Source: Tubiluchus corallicola (taxonomy: Eukaryota > Animalia > Priapulida). From it: a stretch of 37,809 nt of DNA. The notes below the pieces were generated by a model. That model was not told the origin of the DNA. It worked only from the letters and a program-made list of their open reading frames with translations, and ran no database searches. How positions within the stretch are numbered: the stretch's first letter is position 1; each line of letters begins with the position of its first letter. Positions 24,114-34,129 of this stretch are shown in pieces. The stretch spans positions 1 to 37,809 of the forward strand of contig JAQGDQ010002436.1 in assembly GCA_030141605.1 (NCBI GenBank), given 5' to 3'. The position numbers were made by a program, and so were the translations under genes.

Positions 24114-25342
24114 CTAGATTGCGAAATACTGTAGCTTTCCTTTTCGAAGATGAAGGATATAACCCTCAACCGATACGTTGAATCTCGCCTTTACAGTCTC
24201 TTTATATTCCTTTACCTGGGAGGTATATTTTTCCAGGTTTCCTTTGTCTATTTCACCGGTCTTGAAATCTATTACTATCCCTTTTGACCCCTTTAATGCT
24301 ATAAAGTCGGCAACCTTTATGCTGCCTGTTCTGCTGAGCATCTTCTTTTCCCTATAAATCTTGTAGTTGCTCACCAAATCGTTAAAAAAATCATCATTTA
24401 TTAGAGCAGATATATCTTTTTTAGCGTCTTCACACTCATGGGGAGTTAAAAAGGCTCCATGACGCATTAGCGCTCTGTTGATAGCTATGTCAACCTCATC
24501 CATAGTAAACCTGTTTAGTAAAAATATGATTTCATGGACAAAAGAGCCGTAAATTTCGAAACTGTGTTGGGGCTCATTAAATATGCTTTTTGCTTCCAAA
24601 GCTTTAATGGTGTGGGTGTGCGGTTTTTGTGTATCTTCTTTAAAGGGTGTTGGTGGCGGTGTTAATGCTCCTTTTGAAGCCATGCTTGAGATCGCTTTAT
24701 GTACCACATTTGAAAAATCGTCCTCACTTCTAGGAGCGGTATATATGAACAGTGCACTCTCCGCTCTCGTTGTTGCCACGTAAAGTTTATTTAAATTATC
24801 CAATAAAATATTGTCGCTCTCTATAGAGAATACATTTTTATATTCTTGCTCAGCGTGGCAGAGCATAAGTTTGGAAAATGTAGGGTATGGCATTTGTCCG
24901 ACGCTTTCGTCATCTACAAAGAAAATACTGCTTTTGCTGGCGTCGAGTTTAGCACTGAAGCTTATTTCAGGCAAGATCACAGCCGGAAACTGTAGCCCCT
25001 TGGACTTGTGTATGGTCATCAAGGATAATGCATTTTGGGTTGCAGCTCCCGTTGAATCTACTTCATAGGTGAGTTCCTCCAATTTTTCTAAGAAAATAAG
25101 AGGATTGTGTATGCTAGACAGATGGTCTGCCATTATATCGAGCAGGAGATGTAGATCTCTATCTTTTGCAAAGCGGTTGATGAGAGAAAACAGATCTACA
25201 AATATCAGCACTTTCTCAAATATCGTTTTCCCCTGGATTTCGCTTTCTATATTCGACAATTTTTCTTTTGTTTTGCATATTTGTAAAGTGTATTTTCCCA
25301 TATCGAGCACAGGTTTAGTGCCCGTGCAAAAGAGGGAAAGAT
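24114..25342 (-). pseudogene. Duplicated 3' fragment of addA (C-terminal helicase motifs plus nuclease domain)
   Basis: Identical to the AddA C-terminal ~408 aa except one K/Q change; the 5' end is fused to antisense rarD sequence at the duplication junction. Confidence 0.85.
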
Positions 25343-25346
25343 CGTG

Positions 25347-25710
25347 TGTAGAGTTAATGTTTGTATCTCCGGTAGCTTTGACATACATTATGTATCTGCA
25401 CTACACTGGTAATGGTACATTGGGAAATGCGACTCTCCTGAATGATTTCCTCTTAATTGCAAGCGGAGCTGTGACCTCCATCGGAATGCTCGGATATATT
25501 TACGCCATGCGCAGGCTCAAGCTTATTACTGCAGCCATATTGCAGTATGTGTCCCCAACGATCAACTTCCTATTGGGGGTATTTATGTACAAAGAGGAAT
25601 TTAATATTTCATTGCTAATAACATTTATCTCAATATGGATAGGCATCTTGACATACATGTCCGTAAATATCATAAACTATAAAAAGAAACAGAAGCTAGA
25701 GCGTGCATAA
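25347..25710 (+). pseudogene. Duplicated 3' fragment of rarD
   Basis: VELMFVSP...KLERA is identical to the RarD C-terminus apart from an extra Gly (FLLGVFM). Confidence 0.85.
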
Positions 25711-25793
25711 TAATTTGTTTTTCTTCAATATTTTCTGTACAATATCCCATGGCGTTTTTTTAGAGATTGAATTGATTTAAGGGGGTATTTGAG

Positions 25794-26489
25794 ATGGGGA
25801 TTAAGAACTTTATAAGAAATACGAAAAAGGTTTATGACACAATATTGCTCGAAGATAAGCAGCGAGGGTGGTTGGTTTCTCATATCGATAGCTTGTCTGA
25901 TCTTCTTGACGAAATTACTGAGGATTCTTTATGTATAGATTGTGGTGCAAATATGGGTGTTGTTTCTGATCTTTTTTTGCGCTTTGGGGCAGAAGTTCAC
26001 GCTTTTGAACCGAATAAACAGCTATGCCACTACATAAGATATCAGTTGAGTGATTTTGTATCGAAAGGACGACTACACATTCATAACGAAGCTGTTTTAG
26101 ACAGAGAAGATAAACTCAAATTGTATATGCGCAAGGGGTATGGTTCTGACAATTTTTTAAGGCATCGATCGGGTCAATCATCTTTGAAGGTTGAAAACAC
26201 AGACGAGAGCATTAGAATGCATAATGACAAAAATAACTATGTTTTGGTTGATTGTATCGACCTCTCTGATTTCATCCGGAAGCTTGAAAAGGATGTCCAT
26301 ATACTTAAGATGGATATTGAGGGAGCTGAGTTTGAAGTCCTTAAAAAACTTATCGAAACGGATGTTTATAAGAGAGTTAAGCACATCTATGTGGAGGCCC
26401 ATGATCGTCACCCGGCTCTTAAACCTTTTGGCGATGAGATTAGGCAGATGATAAAGGATAGAGATATAAAAAATATCAATCTCGACTAG
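25794..26489 (+). CDS. FkbM family SAM-dependent methyltransferase, copy 2
   Basis: Translation identical to 23343-24038. Confidence 0.85.
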   Translation: MGIKNFIRNTKKVYDTILLEDKQRGWLVSHIDSLSDLLDEITEDSLCIDCGANMGVVSDLFLRFGAEVHAFEPNKQLCHYIRYQLSDFVSKGRLHIHNEAVLDREDKLKLYMRKGYGSDNFLRHRSGQSSLKVENTDESIRMHNDKNNYVLVDCIDLSDFIRKLEKDVHILKMDIEGAEFEVLKKLIETDVYKRVKHIYVEAHDRHPALKPFGDEIRQMIKDRDIKNINLD

Positions 26490-26564
26490 CATTGACAACT
26501 GCTTTGCCATCTCTGTTACTTCAATATGGTGACATACATGTCCATTGTCGCAGTTGGAAGCGTA

Positions 26565-29534
26565 CTAGATTGCGAAATACTGTAGCTTTCCTTTTCGAAG
26601 ATGAAGGATATAACCCTCAACCGATACGTTGAATCTCGCCTTTACAGTCTCTTTATATTCCTTTACCTGGGAGGTATATTTTTCCAGGTTTCCTTTGTCT
26701 ATTTCACCGGTCTTGAAATCTATTACTATCCCTTTTGACCCCTTTAATGCTATAAAGTCGGCAACCTTTATGCTGCCTGTTCTGCTGAGCATCTTCTTTT
26801 CCCTATAAATCTTGTAGTTGCTCACCAAATCGTTAAAAAAATCATCATTTATTAGAGCAGATATATCTTTTTTAGCGTCTTCACACTCATGGGGAGTTAA
26901 AAAGGCTCCATGACGCATTAGCGCTCTGTTGATAGCTATGTCAACCTCATCCATAGTAAACCTGTTTAGTAAAAATATGATTTCATGGACAAAAGAGCCG
27001 TAAATTTCGAAACTGTGTTGGGGCTCATTAAATATGCTTTTTGCTTCCAAAGCTTTAATGGTGTGGGTGTGCGGTTTTTGTGTATCTTCTTTAAAGGGTG
27101 TTGGTGGCGGTGTTAATGCTCCTTTTGAAGCCATGCTTGAGATCGCTTTATGTACCACATTTGAAAAATCGTCCTCACTTCTAGGAGCGGTATATATGAA
27201 CAGTGCACTCTCCGCTCTCGTTGTTGCCACGTAAAGTTTATTTAAATTATCCAATAAAATATTGTCGCTCTCTATAGAGAATACATTTTTATATTCTTGC
27301 TCAGCGTGGCAGAGCATAAGTTTGGAAAATGTAGGGTATGGCATTTGTCCGACGCTTTCGTCATCTACAAAGAAAATACTGCTTTTGCTGGCGTCGAGTT
27401 TAGCACTGAAGCTTATTTCAGGCAAGATCACAGCCGGAAACTGTAGCCCCTTGGACTTGTGTATGGTCATCAAGGATAATGCATTTTGGGTTGCAGCTCC
27501 CGTTGAATCTACTTCATAGGTGAGTTCCTCCAATTTTTCTAAGAAAATAAGAGGATTGTGTATGCTAGACAGATGGTCTGCCATTATATCGAGCAGGAGA
27601 TGTAGATCTCTATCTTTTGCAAAGCGGTTGATGAGAGAAAACAGATCTACAAATATCAGCACTTGCTCAAATATCGTTTTCCCCTGGATTTCGCTTTCTA
27701 TATTCGACAATTTTTCTTTTGTTTTGCATATTTGTAAAGTGTATTTTCCCATATCGAGCACAGGTTTAGTGCCCGTGCAAAAGAGGGAAAGATAATATTC
27801 ATCGAGACAGTAGATATAGCGCACCAAGGACGTGATGGCAATATATGGCGGGCTCGTATTTAGAGGTATATTCGTTTCCGTTTTTGCCGGTATATTCTCC
27901 TCTTTTAACAGCGTCAGATACTTTTCCGCTTGGTTGTTGTTATCAAGTAGTATCGCAATATCTTTATAGCGAAAGCCGCTATCTATGCATTTCTGTACAG
28001 TCTCTTTGATGAAGGCAAATATTAGGTCCTCTTTTTTGGTCTTCTGATCGCCAAAATATTCCTTCATCTCGGCATCGGTTTTAGAGCAGACATAGCCCTC
28101 ATTTTCAGAGTGTGCAGCTTGTGGTATGTAGTTGAACGCCCCATGGATATTAGAAACTTGCGCAAATAGTTCGTTGACAAACTCGACTATCTTTTTATCA
28201 CTTCTATAATTTATCGTAAGGTTTTCCGTTTCTATCAAATCTCGATAGTCTATCCGTATTTTATCAAATAGCTGGGAGCTGCTTCCCCTAAACCTGTATA
28301 GGGTCTGCTTAGAGTCCCCAACATAAAAAAAGCTCCCCCGTCTGTCATTTGCCCTTATACCGGACATTATCTCTTCTGCCATGGGCTTTAAAATGTCCCA
28401 TTGGGATTTGGAAGTATCTTGAAATTCGTCAATCAATAGATGATTGATGTGAGCGTCTAGCCTAAAATAGAAATATTCTGCGTTGTGACTAAATTCATTT
28501 GTCAATAGATCGTAGACATTATTTTCCACATCTTTATAGGTATAGAGATGTCTGTTCTTTTTTAGATCATCATATTTTTTTAACACTCGTGATACTATGC
28601 TAGACAATATAAGCGTTACTGTGCCGAGATAACCCTCCAACCACAACCCCAACCCATCAAGAATACTCAAGAATGCATCGTTGGTCTCGGTACTGAGGCT
28701 ATGCCCCTTTATTTCAAGAGCTTTATTCTTTACATAATACATGTCGAGCATGGCTTTTACATTGTTTGCACTTCGCAACTTCTCTAATCGCTTCAGATCT
28801 TGCGTCTTCAAACCTTTAATAGCGCTTAATTCACTGACTATGATGTCTCTGGATCTGAATATGTTCTCTACGGCCCAAGCGCCACTTCTTGTGTGGTTAT
28901 TTAATTCTTCTATTATCGTTTTATTCGTCTTATTTTGTTGATATTGCAGATGTTCTCTATCTATTAAATTGTTTAAATCGCTGCGTATATCGTTTAAGGT
29001 ATAATTGTATATTTTTGTAATATTCTTTAGACTGTCTTTCCAATCGTTATCTTTAATTATTTCCAGCATAGCCGCATGGTAAGCTTTTTTCTTCAGATCC
29101 TTTTCCGCAGATGCCGTAAGCAGCTTGCTATTTGGTGCAATGTCTGTTTCATATGGAAAAGTGCTTATAATGCCGGAAAAGAAAGCATCTATCGTCTTTA
29201 TCTTGACTTGGGAGTAGTTTTGAATAAAACTCTCCCGAACGCTGATAGCCCTTTCTGTCAATTCATCCCTTGAAAGGTTTGTAAATTTTGCAATCTCTTC
29301 GTACTCCGTTTCGATTGTGGATACGTCATCTGAAGCCAGTGCATTTAGCAGGTTGAATATTCTATCCAACATCTCACCGCGAGCTTTTCTTGTAAACGTG
29401 AGACACAGGATTTCTCCAGGAGGGGTGTCCGCAAAAAGGAGACTGATAACACGCATGGTTAAGTTAAATGTTTTACCCGTGCCGGCAGAAGCTACCAGGG
29501 CTATGTTTTTTTCAGGATCCAAAATGTTTGGCAT
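26565..29534 (-). CDS. addA: AddA/RecB-like SF1 helicase-nuclease
   Basis: ASAGTGKT, LTFTRKA, TIDAF, LIDEFQDTS, VGDSKQTLYRFRG, NYRS, MTIHKSKGLQF, LYVATTRA, C-terminal D...VIDFKTG nuclease. Start placed at ATG 29534 behind GGAG. Confidence 0.92.
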   Translation of the reverse strand: MPNILDPEKNIALVASAGTGKTFNLTMRVISLLFADTPPGEILCLTFTRKARGEMLDRIFNLLNALASDDVSTIETEYEEIAKFTNLSRDELTERAISVRESFIQNYSQVKIKTIDAFFSGIISTFPYETDIAPNSKLLTASAEKDLKKKAYHAAMLEIIKDNDWKDSLKNITKIYNYTLNDIRSDLNNLIDREHLQYQQNKTNKTIIEELNNHTRSGAWAVENIFRSRDIIVSELSAIKGLKTQDLKRLEKLRSANNVKAMLDMYYVKNKALEIKGHSLSTETNDAFLSILDGLGLWLEGYLGTVTLILSSIVSRVLKKYDDLKKNRHLYTYKDVENNVYDLLTNEFSHNAEYFYFRLDAHINHLLIDEFQDTSKSQWDILKPMAEEIMSGIRANDRRGSFFYVGDSKQTLYRFRGSSSQLFDKIRIDYRDLIETENLTINYRSDKKIVEFVNELFAQVSNIHGAFNYIPQAAHSENEGYVCSKTDAEMKEYFGDQKTKKEDLIFAFIKETVQKCIDSGFRYKDIAILLDNNNQAEKYLTLLKEENIPAKTETNIPLNTSPPYIAITSLVRYIYCLDEYYLSLFCTGTKPVLDMGKYTLQICKTKEKLSNIESEIQGKTIFEQVLIFVDLFSLINRFAKDRDLHLLLDIMADHLSSIHNPLIFLEKLEELTYEVDSTGAATQNALSLMTIHKSKGLQFPAVILPEISFSAKLDASKSSIFFVDDESVGQMPYPTFSKLMLCHAEQEYKNVFSIESDNILLDNLNKLYVATTRAESALFIYTAPRSEDDFSNVVHKAISSMASKGALTPPPTPFKEDTQKPHTHTIKALEAKSIFNEPQHSFEIYGSFVHEIIFLLNRFTMDEVDIAINRALMRHGAFLTPHECEDAKKDISALINDDFFNDLVSNYKIYREKKMLSRTGSIKVADFIALKGSKGIVIDFKTGEIDKGNLEKYTSQVKEYKETVKARFNVSVEGYILHLRKGKLQYFAI

Positions 29535-32208
29535 CTTTTTCTCCGCATATACGGCTATAATCACATGTGCGACATGTGGAACTTCTACTCGTTTTTGTAA
29601 AGGGTTCGCTCTTGTCAAATAGACCGTAGATAAGCTGATCTATGTAAAAACGGAATTCTCGCATATCCTGCTCAAAATTTTCCATCTTGAAGGCCCGTAC
29701 AAATTTCATAGAGTTTTTTATGTCATAATAGTAAAGCCCCGTAGGAAATTTTCCGTGCGTATGCTTGTACATGAGTGCATAAAGGGGTAGCTGCGGCTTA
29801 ACATTGTCAAGATTTATAGGAGAACTCTCTTCACCTATATTTTTAGCGCTGGCATACTTGTAGTCTATTATCCATATTTCATCATTCTTTTTGTCAATTC
29901 TGTCTATCTTTCCGTACACGTCGTATGTTCGATATTGATTGTTAAATTTTGCATACATTTTGTGTTCTGATGCAATTGTGCGAAAACCCTCATTATAGTG
30001 CCAAATCTCCTGGTCTACAAATGCGCTTAGTTTGCTCAATAAAATCTCTATTTCAAACTTATTAATCTCATCATGCTCATAAGCGTCAAATTCTTGAAAT
30101 TTCTTGACAACTTCATTCTCAAAAATATGGTAGTAGTCTTCACTGTTTGGAAAGATATTTTGAGCATGAAGGGACTCCATAGCGCCGTGAAGGCAATTCC
30201 CGATATGAAGAGGGGTTAGATCCGAAGTCTTTAAGATCGGCTTTTTTAACTTTAGCACATATTTGTAATAGTACTTTAGAGTACAATCTTTGTAGGTTTG
30301 CAGTGATGTTGCTGAAAAGCGTTGTTTATTCATCACCCGTAGGATGTCATCCGTTTTTTCGACGGAGCTGTTGTCGCATAAAGTCACTCTATCTGCCTTA
30401 AAGATCAGATTGCTCGGATAGATCTTTTTGCTCTCTAGTTTTGTGTGGATAAAAAGCTCATTGATAAATGATGAAGCTCTTCTATTCGTATTATTTTCCG
30501 TATACGTGAATATGGACAGATCGGCTTTAGAGATTATCTGCAGGATATAGTTTTTAAATAATTTTTCTCTGTCTTGAAACGTGGGGAGATTGAGGCGTTT
30601 TCGCAATTCAGTGTTTAAGAAGAGGTCTTTTTTATTCTTTGGAGGAAAATTGTTTTCCGTTATTCCCGGCATGATAACAACATCTGCGGACATATTCCTC
30701 GATTCTAAAAGGCCTATAACGGATACCGGCCCCACTTTTGGGCTTGTGACCTTTAGTTTTTGAAGATTTCTAAATATTATGTAAATCATGTCATCCAAGG
30801 ATGCGTCTATGTTAAGTTTCGCCTCCGCATTGGAGAATAGTAGAAACATCCTGTCCAGTTCCGTAGATATTTTGCTAAACCCATCTCGCTCCAGCAGGTC
30901 TTCGTCCTGTATAAACCCTGAGGCTACGTGCATGAAGTCTTTGAGACAGCGGATAGTTTTGAGCATTGTGGGTTCAATCACAATGGGCAGTATGCTGGAT
31001 AACAGTCTGTTTATTGCATTATTGCTCAATATCTGTTTCACATCGACAAAGGCTTTTTTGTCGTTTTGGATGATGCTATATATATCGTCCTTCAGTTGCA
31101 AAGAGTCTTCTGCAAGCAGTTTTTCTGCTAGGAACTTCTCTGCAACCTCTATAGGCACATGCCCGCGATTGATGTGGAGAATAAACTCTATGGCAGAGTT
31201 TAGTAGCTGATAGGAGGATGAGATGTCGATATCATGCCCCATGGCGACATTAAAAAGGTTGTACTTGTCATTTTTGAGGAACCAGTGCTTCAGACTGTCA
31301 TCCACCAGGACTATCAGCATCTTGCTAAGAGATACCCCTTGGGCATTCAGAAGGGATATCTTTTCTACTATGAACTCATATTCAGCGACAGTATCTTCTG
31401 CTCTGTATATTTGTACACCTTTATAGTTTGCAGGCGATCCGTCGGATATTTTTATGCCAAGTTCCTCTTCATATATCTTATGAGATGGATGTTTTTTGCC
31501 CGAAAAGTGAAAAAATAGATGTACATCCTTGATTTTACTCAGTTCTTTTATGAATTTCAGTTCAAATTTGTTCAAATATCCTGGTATGACGAAGATATAT
31601 GCGTCATATCTTGCTATAAATTCGCCGTTCAAGTTTAGATCTTTGTAGCGTTCATTTTCATCCATGAAGCCGCATGCATTGCTTATTTTCTTGTATATCT
31701 GCATAAGGGAGACTATGACATTCAGCTCCAGCTCATAGTCTGTGTAGAGGGCTTCTTTTTTCAACAGATTGACGTCCACTATCTCTGTGTGCAGTTCTTT
31801 GACAAAGCTGTGTATATTCTCCGTGTTCTCTACGAAATGCACAAAGTTGCTAAACTCTTTCTCCTTGTCTTTTTTAAGAAGTGTGAGGCAATCATCAACA
31901 CTAATCTCTTCTATTGCCAATTTGGTGAAGAATGGCCGCAGTTCAGTAGGCATGAGGAAGAGCTGTTCCCCTGTATGCACATCTGTGGCGAACTGCACAA
32001 AGTCATTCATCAAAAATATGTCCGGTCTGCTTATATCATTTTGCAACAACTTATGGGCGGCATTGCAATCTAGAATTTCCCTTATGTTCCTCGAACTGGG
32101 AAGGATCAGACAAGCGGTATCATCATTTAGCGAAAACTCCTTCATGTAGGACGATACGCGGCTTAAAGGCTCTTTGTAGCTGTTGATTTGTTCCACCGTT
32201 TTTATCAT
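29512..32208 (-). CDS. addB: AddB-like PD-(D/E)XK nuclease subunit with four-Cys Fe-S motif
   Basis: GLLESR, FSATSLQTYKDC, GNCLH, GKIDRID, IIDYK, QLPLY, CRTCDYSRIC; overlaps the addA start. Start placed at ATG 32208 (alternative 32286). Confidence 0.88.
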   Translation of the reverse strand: MIKTVEQINSYKEPLSRVSSYMKEFSLNDDTACLILPSSRNIREILDCNAAHKLLQNDISRPDIFLMNDFVQFATDVHTGEQLFLMPTELRPFFTKLAIEEISVDDCLTLLKKDKEKEFSNFVHFVENTENIHSFVKELHTEIVDVNLLKKEALYTDYELELNVIVSLMQIYKKISNACGFMDENERYKDLNLNGEFIARYDAYIFVIPGYLNKFELKFIKELSKIKDVHLFFHFSGKKHPSHKIYEEELGIKISDGSPANYKGVQIYRAEDTVAEYEFIVEKISLLNAQGVSLSKMLIVLVDDSLKHWFLKNDKYNLFNVAMGHDIDISSSYQLLNSAIEFILHINRGHVPIEVAEKFLAEKLLAEDSLQLKDDIYSIIQNDKKAFVDVKQILSNNAINRLLSSILPIVIEPTMLKTIRCLKDFMHVASGFIQDEDLLERDGFSKISTELDRMFLLFSNAEAKLNIDASLDDMIYIIFRNLQKLKVTSPKVGPVSVIGLLESRNMSADVVIMPGITENNFPPKNKKDLFLNTELRKRLNLPTFQDREKLFKNYILQIISKADLSIFTYTENNTNRRASSFINELFIHTKLESKKIYPSNLIFKADRVTLCDNSSVEKTDDILRVMNKQRFSATSLQTYKDCTLKYYYKYVLKLKKPILKTSDLTPLHIGNCLHGAMESLHAQNIFPNSEDYYHIFENEVVKKFQEFDAYEHDEINKFEIEILLSKLSAFVDQEIWHYNEGFRTIASEHKMYAKFNNQYRTYDVYGKIDRIDKKNDEIWIIDYKYASAKNIGEESSPINLDNVKPQLPLYALMYKHTHGKFPTGLYYYDIKNSMKFVRAFKMENFEQDMREFRFYIDQLIYGLFDKSEPFTKTSRSSTCRTCDYSRICGEKDAKHFGS

Positions 32209-32214
32209 TGGGGA

Positions 32215-32250
32215 ATTATACAAGTTCATACCTTGTCCCGCAAGTTCATA
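32215..32250 (-). promoter_or_regulatory. addBA promoter with overlapping 10-bp direct repeat
   Basis: Minus strand TTGCGG-N17-TATAAT-N6-ATG; CAAGTTCATA occurs at 32221-32230 and 32241-32250. Confidence 0.6.
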
Positions 32251-32314
32251 AAAAATATTTGAAAAATATTGTGTGAAAATTTGCATTTTCCATAATCTAG
32301 GCTAGACTTAAATT

Positions 32315-32430
32315 GTAGGTGTTTAGTTTAGCACACTTACATGCCTCCTGATCCAAACTATGTTGCGATGCCCGAGCTTCCCCCAAGCTCGGGCACTCGT
32401 GCGTCTAGGGCTCTCTTCTCTTTTTTCCTT
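32315..32430 (+). ncRNA. Candidate small RNA / structured leader
   Basis: Upstream TTGCAT-N16-TAGACT; contains CCTCCT (32344-32349) and a perfect 11-bp stem TGCCCGAGCTT-CCCCC-AAGCTCGGGCA (32369-32395). The boundaries are estimates. Confidence 0.35.
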
Positions 32431-32520
32431 GGAACTGCGTAAAATGGATGTTCAAACTTTCGTATTTGTACTATAAAGTTATGGTCGAGTTCTTAAGAAT
32501 TATTTTAGGGTGCTTTTTCT

Positions 32521-34110
32521 GTGGATGGTTTAAGTTTTTATAAAACGTTTGAGATATTTAGGCAATACTGGATGCCGTGTAGTTTAAATAAGGTCGGAAT
32601 TTTGAACGGCAGTGTGTACTTGAGCTTTTTTAAGGGTTCGACGTTTGGATTACGGTATGACGTTGTCGAGAAGCCATTTATATATCTTGTGGATAAGTTT
32701 GCATATCCGCATTCTGCCATATCTGCGCTTGACATTGTAAACGGTTCTTCAGTGGTTGAGGTATCGGGCAGGGGTTATGACAGGTTGGGGTATTTTGATT
32801 TGAAAAAGAGGAAGCCCAGCGGCAAGATAGTACACTACAGGTTGGTGTTTGAGCCGGTTGGGGCATCTGCCAACTTTTTCATACTAGACGAGATGGACAA
32901 CATACTATTCATGATGAGGGATAGAAATGTGGATCCAGATAGGGTGTTGGGTGTGGGTAAGAGGTATTCTCCATTCAAGCTAAACAAGCGCTATAGTCTC
33001 GATAACGTTGGCGATGCGTCATCATTCGTGGATTTGGTCGGTTTTTATCCTGTCACGGCAAAGCAAGGGGATATCTTAAAGGGTGAACTCGGCTCCTTCA
33101 GTGCTGCCGTGGAGCATATCAGGAGTGGGCTGGATGGTGATGTAAACTTTTATATGGATGAAGGTCGCAAGATTATACCATTTGCGCCATCAGAAAATAC
33201 TATGGTAAAACAGATCCACTATTCGGAGCTCGATTCAAATCGTGGAAAGAGTAGCTCCAAAGGAGATATCTCCTCCATCAAGGAAAATATAGTGCGAGAA
33301 CTCAATAAGAAGCTAAAAAGCCTTGAAAAACTACATACAAACCTTCAAGGGGACATGGTCGATGCCTTGGATTATCGATCTATGAGGGATGAGGCTACCC
33401 TTTTGAAGAGTAATATTCATCTTCTGAAAGGCGGAGGTGTGTACGAGCTTGCGGAATACAGGGAAGAGGGGTTGTTTTACAGAAACGCCGTAATTCCGGA
33501 CGACGTAAAGAATATTGCCCGCTACATAGATAAACTATATGGCAAAGCATCAAAGAAGGAGAGAGCCATCCCGAAGATTAATAAGAGGATTGCCGAAGTT
33601 GAAAAACTGATCCTCTACACCCAAGAGCAACTTTATTTTACCGACATCGCGACGGATATGGATCAGCTTGCGGACTTGAGAAATCTTGCGAGCGGCAAGT
33701 CCATAAATAAGAGTGTAAAGAAGCGCAAGGGCGACGTATCGTATTATGAAGCCAATATAGGTGAAGCAAAGTATATGGTGGGCAAAAATAGTCGCGGAAA
33801 CCATGAGATAGTCTTTAAACATGCTCTTGCAAACGATATGTGGTTTCATGGCAAGGATATGCCTTCGGCGCACCTTATTGTGCGAAAAAATGGAGAATTG
33901 AGCCCCAAAGAGATAGAGTTGGCTGCAAGGATAGTTGCCCACTTCAGCAAAGCGAAGGAGGAGAACAGAGTTGATGTGGACTATACTTTGAAAAAATATG
34001 TGAAAAAACCCAAAAACACGCCAGAAGGATTTGTGATATACGACAACTTCGCCACCGTCACTGTCAAGCCGCTAGATGACACGGAGATATCGGAAATATT
34101 TGAGATGTAG
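32521..34110 (+). CDS. rqcH: NFACT family protein (RqcH/FbpA-like ribosome quality control factor)
   Basis: MDG start, DR motif, LVFE..G..AN, coiled coil with LYGKASK, C-terminal VGKN..GN, DMWFH.KD.PSAH, VDYT..KYVKKP...PEGFVIY. Confidence 0.8.
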   Translation: MDGLSFYKTFEIFRQYWMPCSLNKVGILNGSVYLSFFKGSTFGLRYDVVEKPFIYLVDKFAYPHSAISALDIVNGSSVVEVSGRGYDRLGYFDLKKRKPSGKIVHYRLVFEPVGASANFFILDEMDNILFMMRDRNVDPDRVLGVGKRYSPFKLNKRYSLDNVGDASSFVDLVGFYPVTAKQGDILKGELGSFSAAVEHIRSGLDGDVNFYMDEGRKIIPFAPSENTMVKQIHYSELDSNRGKSSSKGDISSIKENIVRELNKKLKSLEKLHTNLQGDMVDALDYRSMRDEATLLKSNIHLLKGGGVYELAEYREEGLFYRNAVIPDDVKNIARYIDKLYGKASKKERAIPKINKRIAEVEKLILYTQEQLYFTDIATDMDQLADLRNLASGKSINKSVKKRKGDVSYYEANIGEAKYMVGKNSRGNHEIVFKHALANDMWFHGKDMPSAHLIVRKNGELSPKEIELAARIVAHFSKAKEENRVDVDYTLKKYVKKPKNTPEGFVIYDNFATVTVKPLDDTEISEIFEM

Positions 34111-34129
34111 GTTCAAGCCTCAGCGTGAC

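Larger units (their letters stand above)
22899..25342. repeat. Tandem duplication, copy 1 (2444 bp)
   Basis: Begins TGTAGAGTTAATG, ends AGAGGGAAAGAT; matches 25347-27793. Confidence 0.97.
25347..27793. repeat. Tandem duplication, copy 2 (2447 bp)
   Basis: Matches 22899-25342; separated from it by 4 nt (CGTG, 25343-25346). Confidence 0.97.

Noticed and set aside
25331-25352. Junction sequence resembling an Illumina adapter (AGATCG, CGTGT, AGGGAAAGA)
   Set aside because: The pieces are out of order, and AGGGAAAGAT is native addA sequence also present at the end of copy 2 (27784-27793).
25069-25710. 213-aa ORF as an independent membrane protein
   Set aside because: It is a junction chimera of antisense addA and the rarD 3' end.
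29512-30330. AddB C-terminus as a Cas4 or defence nuclease
   Set aside because: The Cas4-like fold is expected in AddB. The gene is coupled to addA, and no CRISPR repeats or cas genes are visible.
32328-32349. Minus-strand AGGAGG followed by ATG-TAA or GTG-TGC-TAA as a minimal uORF
   Set aside because: The ATG is only 1 nt from the motif, no promoter supports it, and addB has its own closer promoter.
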